From assembly GCA_964447175.1 (NCBI GenBank), contig CAYURP010000002.1, positions 937 through 64,936 on the forward strand: DNA of 64,000 nucleotides, in the 5' to 3' direction. The position numbers and the translations under genes were made by a program. Below are positions 1-7,879 of the stretch, in pieces. Source of the stretch: an uncultured Ignavibacteria bacterium. Its GTDB lineage: Bacteria; Zixibacteria; MSB-5A5; SM23-73-2. Below the pieces are notes generated by a model. The model made no database searches. It saw nothing but the letters and a program-made list of their open reading frames with translations, and was not told where the DNA came from. Every line of letters begins with the position of its first letter. Position 1 is the first letter of the stretch.

Positions 1-32
1 ATTTTCATCTATCCTTTCAGGATTTTTTCCAA

Positions 33-866
33 TTAATACTTATTTATATCGATCAGCTGCGCTTTTTTGATTTTTTTCCCTAAAAACCTTTGACCGATCT
101 GGATGAATTTCTCAGGCTGATCCGATACAAAAAACTTGTGAACTGGAGTTTTAGACACTTGCTTTAAAAGTCCTTTTTTTCGGAGAGATTCTTTTAGCTC
201 TATGGCTGTTTCCCGGGCTGAGTTTATCAAAGTAACATCATTTCCCATTACCTGAGCAATCACTTTCTTTAATAATGGATAGTGGGTACATCCTAAAATC
301 AGGGTGTCGATTTTGTCTTTTTTTAGTGGCTTTAGATAATCTTGGGCAATCAAGTAAGTTGCTTTTTTGTCCAGAAATCCCTCCTCTGCTAAGCTCACGA
401 AAAGCGGGCAGGGGTAGGAAAAAACCGATAGCGTCTTATTGATTCTCTTAATTGCCTTGCTATAGGAGCGTGAAGCTATGGTTCCCGCAGTCCCTATTAC
501 CCCGATCCTTCCATTTCTGGTGGAGTTAACTGCAGCTTTTGATCCCGGCTCTATTACCCCCATTAAAGGTAGGTTAAAATCTCTTTTCAGATGATCTAAA
601 GCAAATGCGGATGAAGTATTGCAAGCTACTACTATGATTTTAACTCCTAAGGAAATAAGAAAATTCACGTTCTGAACGGAGAACTCCTGAACGATTCTTT
701 TGGACCTGGGTCCGTAGGGGCAGCGGGCAGTATCTCCGAAATAGATTACAGATTCAAAAGGCAGGATTTTAAAGATCTCTCCTGCCACGGTCAATCCTCC
801 CACTCCGGAGTCAAATACCCCTATTCCCCCATTAGCGGATTTTTTATAAGAGAATTTTTTACCCAT
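33..866 (-). CDS. murI: glutamate racemase
   Basis: 277-aa ORF. The N-terminal VFDSGVGGLTV motif and the later LGCTHYP motif are the two conserved Asp/Glu-racemase signatures. It lies 1 nt from the downstream amidase gene. Confidence 0.9.
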   Translation of the reverse strand: MGKKFSYKKSANGGIGVFDSGVGGLTVAGEIFKILPFESVIYFGDTARCPYGPRSKRIVQEFSVQNVNFLISLGVKIIVVACNTSSAFALDHLKRDFNLPLMGVIEPGSKAAVNSTRNGRIGVIGTAGTIASRSYSKAIKRINKTLSVFSYPCPLFVSLAEEGFLDKKATYLIAQDYLKPLKKDKIDTLILGCTHYPLLKKVIAQVMGNDVTLINSARETAIELKESLRKKGLLKQVSKTPVHKFFVSDQPEKFIQIGQRFLGKKIKKAQLIDINKY

Positions 867-867
867 A

Positions 868-2310
868 TTATAACGATTCCGGGTATTTTTCCTTGAACCT
901 GATTATAGCTTGATATAGGGCTTGAGCCACCCACTGCTTGAAACTGTCCTCCCTTAAAAGAAGCTCCTCATAAGGGTTGGAGATATAGGCTACCTGGACT
1001 AAGATACCGGGCATGTAAGCCTTTCTTAGAATCCGAAAATCAGCCTGGCCTATTCCTCTATCCTGGGTGGGAAGGATCCTTTTTAACTCCTGGTGCACTA
1101 TTGTAGCCAGCTCTTTAGATGCATTTATGAACTTGATTTGAGTGGTATCCTGATCCTGATACGCAGATAGGTCTTCAATTTCATCTAAAGAATCAATACT
1201 GGAAGCATAGTTTTCTGATATCTGAATGATGCTGTCCTCCTCTGATTTTGCTGCACCCGGGATGAAGATTTTAAAACCCGATTTTGTGGGATCCTGAGAG
1301 AAATTAGTTTGAAGGGAAATAATAAGATCCCCCCCGTTTTGATTGGCAAATCTCGCCCGTTGCTTAAGGGGTAGGTTCAGATCGGCTTCCCGGGTCAGAA
1401 ATACCTTCAGGTCATCATATCCCTGAAATAAGTCTTTTATCCTTTTGGCAATGTCCAGCACCACATCTTTTTCGCTCAAACCTTTGGGACCGACGTTACC
1501 CCAATCATCGCCTCCATGTCCCGGGTCAATGATCACCACGTCCACCAGATCGGTTCTCTGGATTATCTCTTCCAGATGGTTGGAGGCAAAATCAGATGTG
1601 GTATCCTCAATGGATATCTGGATTCTATAAGGCTCGGAGATAAGAGAATGGGAGAAGGTATCGTAAGATCTATTCAAAAGCAGAGACAGCTGAGCTGAGT
1701 TGTCGAATTGATATGCTTTGGTCTCCCTTATCAGTCCTGGAATCTTCAGTCCTGAAAAGTACTCTGTATCTATTTTTGTTCTGTAAAAATTAATGTTTAA
1801 CCAATTGTTACCCGGTAGGAAAACCTCATACTGAAGAGGTTGGGAGATGAAAATCTCGATCAACACACCATTTAACTTTCTGGAAGCCCTGAGTTCAGTT
1901 ACCTCGGGTTTCTCCTCAAATATGGAGGATTGACCTTCCTCCTCTAATCTGGTTTCCCCAGACTTGATCTTTTTTAAAAGGGGATAGAAATTATCAAGGG
2001 GAACATACAGAGTTCCTTTTTTGAACTTAACCTCATATACCAGATTATAAGCTTTGTGATCCATCAAAATATAAGGCGAGAAGAGAACTAAAGTTATCTG
2101 ATGCTCTTTTACCTCCCACAGAGCTTTCTTTTCCGGGTAGTTCCATTGAAGCTTTCCTCCGTAGATTTTTACCAGGTCATTGATTGAGATATATTTAATC
2201 CCGTCTATATACAGATATTGAATTCTGAAGCTTTTATCCTGAGCAAAAAGAAAAGAGGAAAACAAAAGAATGCTTACCATAACACACATTGTAGTAACTT
2301 TTATTTTCAT
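868..2310 (-). CDS. N-acetylmuramoyl-L-alanine amidase (Amidase_3 family, AmiC-like), secreted
   Basis: 480 aa with signal peptide MKIKVTTMCVMVSILLFSSFLFAQ. The C-terminal domain carries IIDPGHGGDDWG and an LSEKDVVLDIAKRI-type Amidase_3 core. Its cell-wall function fits the adjacent murI. Confidence 0.8.
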   Translation of the reverse strand: MKIKVTTMCVMVSILLFSSFLFAQDKSFRIQYLYIDGIKYISINDLVKIYGGKLQWNYPEKKALWEVKEHQITLVLFSPYILMDHKAYNLVYEVKFKKGTLYVPLDNFYPLLKKIKSGETRLEEEGQSSIFEEKPEVTELRASRKLNGVLIEIFISQPLQYEVFLPGNNWLNINFYRTKIDTEYFSGLKIPGLIRETKAYQFDNSAQLSLLLNRSYDTFSHSLISEPYRIQISIEDTTSDFASNHLEEIIQRTDLVDVVIIDPGHGGDDWGNVGPKGLSEKDVVLDIAKRIKDLFQGYDDLKVFLTREADLNLPLKQRARFANQNGGDLIISLQTNFSQDPTKSGFKIFIPGAAKSEEDSIIQISENYASSIDSLDEIEDLSAYQDQDTTQIKFINASKELATIVHQELKRILPTQDRGIGQADFRILRKAYMPGILVQVAYISNPYEELLLREDSFKQWVAQALYQAIIRFKEKYPESL

Positions 2311-2329
2311 ATATGTTTCACTCTTAAAT

Positions 2330-2794
2330 TTATCTCATTTTTTCCTTAAAAACCCTCTCCAGAGCTCTTTTAGCTTCGCGTTCGGCAATGGCTTTTCTTT
2401 TGTCATACTTCCTTTTGCCGGTGACCAAAGCCAGCTCAATTTTTGCATGGCTCCCCTTGAAATAAAGACGTAAGGGCACCAAGGTTAAGCCTTTTTGAAC
2501 TGTTTTTCCCAAAAGTCTTCTTATTTCTTTTTTGTGCATCAAAAGCTTTCTGGAGCGAGTGGGATCATGACCAAATTGGGAAGCCTTATCATATGGACTT
2601 ATATGCATTTGCAAAAGGTAAAGTTCCTCATTTTTTACCATGGCATAGCTGTCCTTCAGGTTGGCTTTGCCAGCTCTTAATGATTTAACCTCGGATCCCT
2701 CAAGCACCATGCCAGCCTCGTATGTTTCCAGAATGAGATAATCGTGTCGGGCTTTCCTGTTAGTAGCAACAACCTTTGTCTGATCTTTTTTCAC
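2330..2794 (-). CDS. smpB: SsrA-binding protein SmpB
   Basis: 154 aa. N-terminus KVVATNRKARHDYLILETYEAGMVLEGSEVKSLR and a C-terminal basic tail (KRKYDKRK) are typical of SmpB. Confidence 0.9.
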   Translation of the reverse strand: MKKDQTKVVATNRKARHDYLILETYEAGMVLEGSEVKSLRAGKANLKDSYAMVKNEELYLLQMHISPYDKASQFGHDPTRSRKLLMHKKEIRRLLGKTVQKGLTLVPLRLYFKGSHAKIELALVTGKRKYDKRKAIAEREAKRALERVFKEKMR

Positions 2795-2842
2795 AAATCA
2801 AAATATATCCAAAACAAAGATGCATCGCAAGAGTAATTTTGC

Positions 2843-2866
2843 AGGGGAGCCCCTTGCGGGCTCCCG
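2843..2866. repeat. GC-rich hairpin (ggggagcccc-ttgc-gggctccc), member of a recurring hairpin family
   Basis: Perfect inverted repeat seen in the sequence. A near-identical hairpin recurs at 3034-3056. Confidence 0.5.
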
Positions 2867-3033
2867 TCAAGATTTCCCAACAGATGAAACAGATAATTTT
2901 GTAGTCGCTCGATTTATCGAGCCATTTTGTAATTTGCAGATTTATGCGCAGCACCTTGACGGTCGGCTAAAAGATGCACCATAAGTGGTGCAACTACAAT
3001 CCAGAAACAAAACCCAACCAGGAGAATTATGTA

Positions 3034-3062
3034 GGGGAGTCCCTTGTGGGCTCCCTTTTTTT
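3034..3062. terminator. hairpin ggggagtccc-ttgt-gggctccc followed by T7 tract (terminator-like)
   Basis: Stem-loop plus ttttttt on the + strand. A third hairpin, gggaggag-acaa-gctcctccc, follows at 3073-3096. Confidence 0.4.
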
Positions 3063-3159
3063 AATAAGAGAGCGGGAGGAGACAAGCTCCTCCCCTACGC
3101 TTAAGTCAGGCTCTTGAAATCGGCTTGCGTAATATTCTAATTCACAGGTAAATTTTACG

Positions 3160-3189
3160 TTGACAATTAAGGCTTTGGGATTATATTAT
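3160..3189 (+). promoter_or_regulatory. candidate sigma-70 promoter (TTGACA-N16-TATATT) upstream of the repeat-protein gene
   Basis: ttgaca at 3160-3165 and tatatt at 3182-3187. It lies about 225 nt upstream of the 3415 start, implying a long 5'UTR. Confidence 0.3.
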
Positions 3190-3414
3190 AAAAAGGGATG
3201 ATGTGAAAAAGAGATGAGATTTGCTTCTTGTCGGGATAGTCTTTAAAATTGAGGGGGAACTGAAAAAGGGGCAATTTGAGAAAGAGAGGAGACCTTCTTT
3301 TAATTTCAGCTTTTTCTGGAGGTGATGCCGATATAAATTTCTTCGGATTTACTCAGAAACAGACGATAATTAGCTAATAACCTTAAACTTTCTCAAAAGG
3401 AAAGGAGAAAACAA

Positions 3415-4890
3415 ATGAGAGCTCTGAGAATGTTGTTTTTTGTTGGGTTAGCTTTCATCTTTGTTTGCTCATCTTTGATTTATGCTGGTGTGCCCCAGAT
3501 GATTAATTATCAGGGGAAAATAACTACGCCTGCAGGGGCTTTAATAGATACAACTATCGGAATGATATTCACCATTTATGACGACAGCACTTCGGGTAAT
3601 ATCTTTTGGGCAGATACCTTAGGTTCAGTGTCGGTTGAAAAAGGTATGTTCAGCGTCCTGTTAGGGAGTGTGAATCCGATTCCGGACTCTGTTTTCGATG
3701 GAAATATCAGATATTTAGGTATCAAAGTGGGTGGCGATGCGGAGATGACTCCCAGGAAAGTTATTGCCAGCGTGGCTTATGCTTACCGGGCAGGCTCAGC
3801 AGATTTAAGTGCTCATAATCACTGGGGCGAAACCTGGGCTGGTGCAGACACAGGATTGATCCTTACCAGTACCGGCGTATCCAGAGACAACGGATCTGTT
3901 GGAGTCTCCGGTAGAGGCGTTAATTCAGGAGTGCATGGAAGTAGTAATACCGGCAGCGGTGTTTCCGGAAGTAGCCAGGATGGACGCGGGGTCAGTGGTT
4001 CCAGCAATAATGGCACCGGTGTCCAAGGAACTAGCCCCAATGGACAGGGAGTCGAAGGTGCAAGCACCTGGGGCACTGGGGTTTCAGGTACCAGCAACAA
4101 CGGCAATGGAGTGTCTGGTTCCAGCACTAACAGTAATGGAGTGCAAGGGTCCAGCGGTAGCAACACCGGCTCCGGAGTAAGAGGAACCAACAGCTCTCCT
4201 GAGGGAGATGGAGTGAGTGGCCAAGCTGATGGGGGTGACGGCGTTCATGGCGAAAGCAATACTGGTGATGGTGTCTCGGGTGGCAGCAATTCGGGGATTG
4301 GCGTTCACGGTGCAAGTGCTGAGGGCACCGGAGTTTCGGGTGAAAGCGTAAACGGCACAGGTGTTCATGCAAGCTCAGCCTTCGGAACCGCCCTGGTGGT
4401 TGATGGCTCCAGTATATTTAACTGTAACGCTCAGTTCAACTGTAATGTAACAGTCGCAGGAACTCTTGAGGTGAAAAAACTCACAGCATGGGAAATCGAC
4501 CCTATCATCCTTGAGTTATTCAAAGTAGACCCATCTCAGGTTTACCAAAAAGGAGATGTTCTGGTTATCGATCCTGAAAGTGATACTTACAAGCTTTGTG
4601 ATGCTGCAAACGACACAAAGGTTTCCGGTGTTGTCTGGAATGCAGACCCGAACGAGAATGGTGAGGTTCCAGTTGTGATTCTGGGAGCTAAGACTCCATC
4701 CAATACCGTTTACATAAAAGTAGATGTCAGCTATGCTACCATTCAGAGAGGTGATTTGCTAACATCATCTCCAACCCGAGGACATGCTATGAAGGCGACC
4801 GAGCCCAAGCCTGGATCCATAATAGGCAAGGCGCTTGAACCATTTAACTCAGGGAAAGGTCTTATAAAAGTCTTTGTCAACTTGCACTAA
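3415..4890 (+). CDS. secreted repeat protein: conserved N-terminal domain + ~15 Gly-rich decapeptide repeats (G-x-G-V-x-G-x-S-x-x) + C-terminal beta-rich domain
   Basis: 491 aa; signal peptide; RBS aaggag 6 nt upstream. The N-terminal ~110 aa are about 85% identical to the next gene. Residues 159-324 are a decapeptide array. Confidence 0.75.
   Translation: MRALRMLFFVGLAFIFVCSSLIYAGVPQMINYQGKITTPAGALIDTTIGMIFTIYDDSTSGNIFWADTLGSVSVEKGMFSVLLGSVNPIPDSVFDGNIRYLGIKVGGDAEMTPRKVIASVAYAYRAGSADLSAHNHWGETWAGADTGLILTSTGVSRDNGSVGVSGRGVNSGVHGSSNTGSGVSGSSQDGRGVSGSSNNGTGVQGTSPNGQGVEGASTWGTGVSGTSNNGNGVSGSSTNSNGVQGSSGSNTGSGVRGTNSSPEGDGVSGQADGGDGVHGESNTGDGVSGGSNSGIGVHGASAEGTGVSGESVNGTGVHASSAFGTALVVDGSSIFNCNAQFNCNVTVAGTLEVKKLTAWEIDPIILELFKVDPSQVYQKGDVLVIDPESDTYKLCDAANDTKVSGVVWNADPNENGEVPVVILGAKTPSNTVYIKVDVSYATIQRGDLLTSSPTRGHAMKATEPKPGSIIGKALEPFNSGKGLIKVFVNLH
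3889..4386 (+). repeat. intragenic tandem 30-nt (10-aa) Gly/Ser/Val repeat array
   Basis: SGVHGSSNTG / SGVSGSSQDG / RGVSGSSNNG ... about 15 units. It generates several spurious antisense ORFs. Confidence 0.85.
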
Positions 4891-4954
4891 GATACTACTA
4901 ATCAAAATGACCGTATGAGCCTATCAAGTTTAAAAAAACCAAAGGAGTAACATC

Positions 4955-6952
4955 ATGAGATGTAGAAGTGTAGTTTTTTGGATGATAGGAGTTTTAATAC
5001 TCCTACTTTGCTCTATTTCATCTGCTGGCGTGCCACAGATGATAAATTATCAGGGGAAGGTAACTACGCCCTCAGGTGCTTTAATAGATACGACTATCGG
5101 AATGATATTCACCATTTATGATGACAGCACTACGGGTAATACCCTGTGGGCAGATACCTTGAGTTCGGTTGCGGTTCAAAAAGGGATTTTCAACGTTTTG
5201 CTGGGCAGTGGAAATCCCATTCCCGATTCGGTTTTTGATGGCAATATTAGATATTTAGGTACCAAGGTGGGTAGCGATGCGGAGATGACTCCCAGGAAAG
5301 CGATGGTGAGTGTAGCTTATGCCTACCGTGCCGGAACTGCAGACGGAGGTGGCGGAGGAAGCTGTGGCTGGGTAGATGATGGTGTGGTTGTCAGGCTGGA
5401 GACCAACACAGATAATGTGGGAATCGGAACCACCAGTCCGGGAGCGAATCTGGACATCGTTTCCACAAATCCGAATCTTCGTGTGGGCACTTCATCTGGT
5501 TCCCCGGTTATTACTCTAGATAAAGCTTCAGGCTTTTGGGGATATCTGGAATTCAGAGATGCCGGAGCATCCAGGTGGCAAGCAGGCGTAACAAATAGCA
5601 ACGATTATTACATCCTGAACTGGCCATCTTCTAAATATGTTTTCTATGCCAATAGCGCAGGTAATGTGGGCATCGGAACCACCAGTCCCGATGAGAGATT
5701 ACATATTGTTGGAAACATCAAGATGGTTGATGGAAATCAAGCAGCAGGCTATATCTTGACTTCTGATGCAAATGGTGTGGGAACTTGGCAGGCAGCATCG
5801 GGTGGTATTGGTGGTAGTGGTGCAACTAATTATCTCCCGAAATTCACAGGCTCTACCACCCTTGGCAACTCTGTGTTCTACGAAAACGGAGGGAAAATAG
5901 GTCTTGGAACCACCAGCCCGGGTGCAGATCTGGACATTGTTTCCACAAATCCGAATCTCAGGCTGAGCACAACATCTGGTTCTCCAGTCATCACCCTGGA
6001 TAAAGCTTCTGGCTACACATCCATACTCGAATTCCGTGAGGGTGGAGCTTCCAAGTGGCAGGCGGGAGTATCGACTACCAACGATTATTACATCTTAAAC
6101 TGGCCTGCTTCCAAATATGTTTTCTTTGCTAACAGCGCAGGTGACGTTGGTATCGGGACCACCAGTCCAAGTGAGAAACTTACTGTTAATGGTGACATCG
6201 ATATGATACAGGGCCAATCACGGATTCACGGCACAGGAGAGATAAGTTTTGACTGGTCTGCAGGAAGTACCTACGACAATCCCAGTCTTCATGGTTTTGA
6301 ATCTAAAGATGAAGCAGGAACCTGGGGAGATGAAATCAGGATAAATAGTATGAATGATATAATCAACACGGTTGATGCAAATGATAATGACGCAACGTCT
6401 TATTTCAAGGTTCAACATCACTCAACCGGAGATGGTGAGGATCTTTTCTGGGTGCGTTCAAGTGATGGTTATGCATATCACAAAAGCAGGTTGGGAATAG
6501 GCACCACCAGTCCGGGAGTTGATCTGGACATCGTTTCCACAAACCCGAATCTCAGACTGAGCACCACATCTGGTTCCCCGGTTATTACTCTGGATAAAGC
6601 CACAGGCTTTTGGGGGTACCTGGAATTCCGAGATGCTGGATCATCCAAGTGGCAGGCGGGTGTAACAAGTGGTAACGATTATTACATCCTGAACTGGCCT
6701 GCTTCCAGATATGTTTTCTATGCTAATAGTGCTGGTAATGTAGGACTCGGAACCACAAGTCCCACCGGCCCGTTGGACGTTAATGGCAATGATATCCGTA
6801 TTCGCAGCTCCCAAACGCCGGCATCTTCTACAGCAGATGGTTACACAGGAGAGATTGCCTGGGATGCCAGCTACATTTATATTTGCACCTCTGGAGATGG
6901 TCCGGGCGGTGGAACAGATAGCTGGAAAAGAGCAGCTTTAAGTACATGGTAA
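4955..6952 (+). CDS. secreted repeat protein paralog: same N-terminal domain + three ~90-aa repeats (IGTTSP...LDIVSTNPNLR...DYYILNWP) + tail-fibre-like C-terminus
   Basis: 665 aa; signal peptide; RBS aaaggag. The C-terminus GEIAWDASYIYICTSG...SWKRAALSTW resembles the terminal motif of many bacterial and phage tail-fibre-domain proteins. This is recognition from memory, not a search. Confidence 0.75.
   Translation: MRCRSVVFWMIGVLILLLCSISSAGVPQMINYQGKVTTPSGALIDTTIGMIFTIYDDSTTGNTLWADTLSSVAVQKGIFNVLLGSGNPIPDSVFDGNIRYLGTKVGSDAEMTPRKAMVSVAYAYRAGTADGGGGGSCGWVDDGVVVRLETNTDNVGIGTTSPGANLDIVSTNPNLRVGTSSGSPVITLDKASGFWGYLEFRDAGASRWQAGVTNSNDYYILNWPSSKYVFYANSAGNVGIGTTSPDERLHIVGNIKMVDGNQAAGYILTSDANGVGTWQAASGGIGGSGATNYLPKFTGSTTLGNSVFYENGGKIGLGTTSPGADLDIVSTNPNLRLSTTSGSPVITLDKASGYTSILEFREGGASKWQAGVSTTNDYYILNWPASKYVFFANSAGDVGIGTTSPSEKLTVNGDIDMIQGQSRIHGTGEISFDWSAGSTYDNPSLHGFESKDEAGTWGDEIRINSMNDIINTVDANDNDATSYFKVQHHSTGDGEDLFWVRSSDGYAYHKSRLGIGTTSPGVDLDIVSTNPNLRLSTTSGSPVITLDKATGFWGYLEFRDAGSSKWQAGVTSGNDYYILNWPASRYVFYANSAGNVGLGTTSPTGPLDVNGNDIRIRSSQTPASSTADGYTGEIAWDASYIYICTSGDGPGGGTDSWKRAALSTW
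5420..6785 (+). repeat. three long intragenic direct repeats (~270-290 nt each; approx 5420-5700, 5900-6185, 6494-6785)
   Basis: Near-identical DNA stretches, e.g. ccaccagtccgggagcgaatctggacatcgtttccacaaatccgaatct recurring. Protein repeats start at aa 156, 316 and 514. Confidence 0.8.
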
Positions 6953-7070
6953 TGTTAAGTAGGAATGCAACAACTTGTTGTTGCGAATTACAGCAATCCA
7001 TATGGATTGCACTCCAAAACGTCTGGGATAAACCCAGACGCTACAACAAAAAATGGAGGTGTTCAGAAAA

Positions 7071-7525
7071 TGAACAGATTTAATATAATCAAATTGGCGG
7101 TGTTTTTCCTGGCGGTTTCTCTTTTGCTTTGCACAGGATTTTACGCTCAATCTTACTCCCAGAATTTCAAGTTGTTAACTGATGGTCTGGACAGCTTTGG
7201 TGGAAGATCATCATCCACAAATTTCTCCCTGAGAATAGGCTCAGGTGGTCAGCCGGGAGTTATCGGAACTTCCCAGGGTTCAAGTTTTTATGGACTTCAA
7301 GGCTATGTGAACACTGCGGCATTTGTGCACGGGGATGCTAACGCAGACGGGAACACAACCATCGCTGATGTGGTCTATCTGGTAAATTATCTTTTTAAAT
7401 CAGGTCCTGAACCAATCCCTCTGGAGACAGGGGATGTGAATGGCAACAATGAAGCCACTATAGCGGATGCGGTTTATCTGGTGAGCTATCTTTTCAGAGG
7501 AGGCAATCCACCGATTAATCTTTAG
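7071..7525 (+). CDS. small secreted protein with C-terminal type-I dockerin module
   Basis: Start chosen at the internal ATG with RBS ggagg. Signal-like N-terminus MNRFNIIKLAVFFLAVSLLLC. Two dockerin repeats, GDANADGNTTIADVVYLVNYLF and GDVNGNNEATIADAVYLVSYLF. Confidence 0.7.
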
Positions 7526-7611
7526 CATTTTACCATATTTTAAATGTCCAGAACCTAACTCAAGTTAGGTTCTGGCAAATCTAATTACTGTTTTGATTTC
7601 AGGAATGCGGT

Positions 7612-7648
7612 AGCCCACCTTGTCTTCAAGGTGGGCTTAGGTTTTTTT
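7612..7648 (+). terminator. rho-independent terminator (agcccacctt-gtcttc-aaggtgggct + T7)
   Basis: Perfect 10-bp stem followed by ttttttt. It is preceded by a second hairpin at 7549-7574 (cagaacctaact-caa-gttaggttctg). Confidence 0.6.
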
Positions 7649-7879
7649 GGATTGTGACCCTTCAGGTTCACCTGGTTTTCTAAAGAGTTGGAAGTCAAGC
7701 TGAAGCTTGACAATCCAATTCTTCGGGCGAAGACAGAGCTTCGCCCCCATGTTTTCTTACGACCACCTATAAATTCAAAATCTTTTGCTTGACAAAGTGT
7801 TATGATCTACCTATAATTCCTTAGGTTGATCCAGCATGGGTGGCTGTAACTTATTTACTTCTGCGTTTTTGTAAGTTCT

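Noticed and set aside
1445-1698. Two ~60-aa + strand ORFs inside the amidase gene
   Set aside because: They are antisense to a well-supported CDS with no RBS, so they are spurious.
2795-3414. Possible tmRNA (ssrA) gene next to smpB
   Set aside because: I searched both strands by eye for a tRNA-like 3' end (GGTTCRAWTCC ... CCA) and an Ala-starting tag ORF. Only GC hairpins and a weak A-D-R-Q-G-A-A-H-K-S-A-N-Y-K-M-A-R reading were found, with no T-arm. I did not call it. A covariance-model scan (Rfam tmRNA) would settle it.
3819-4372. Four long ORFs (3819-4190 -, 3899-4180 +, 4084-4368 -, 4127-4372 -) overlapping the Gly-rich repeat region
   Set aside because: They lie antisense or out of frame within a periodic 30-nt repeat array. 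Low-complexity Pro/Leu/Thr or His/Arg translations with no RBS are typical repeat artefacts.
4955-6952. Prophage or tail-fibre gene of an integrated phage
   Set aside because: No capsid, terminase, integrase or other tail genes are nearby. The flanking genes are a paralogous secreted protein and a dockerin protein. It is more likely a cellular fibre or adhesin.
6965-7070. Longer 186-aa form of the dockerin protein
   Set aside because: The upstream extension lacks an RBS and a signal peptide and overlaps the previous gene's terminator region. The internal ATG at 7071 has a GGAGG RBS and a signal-like N-terminus.
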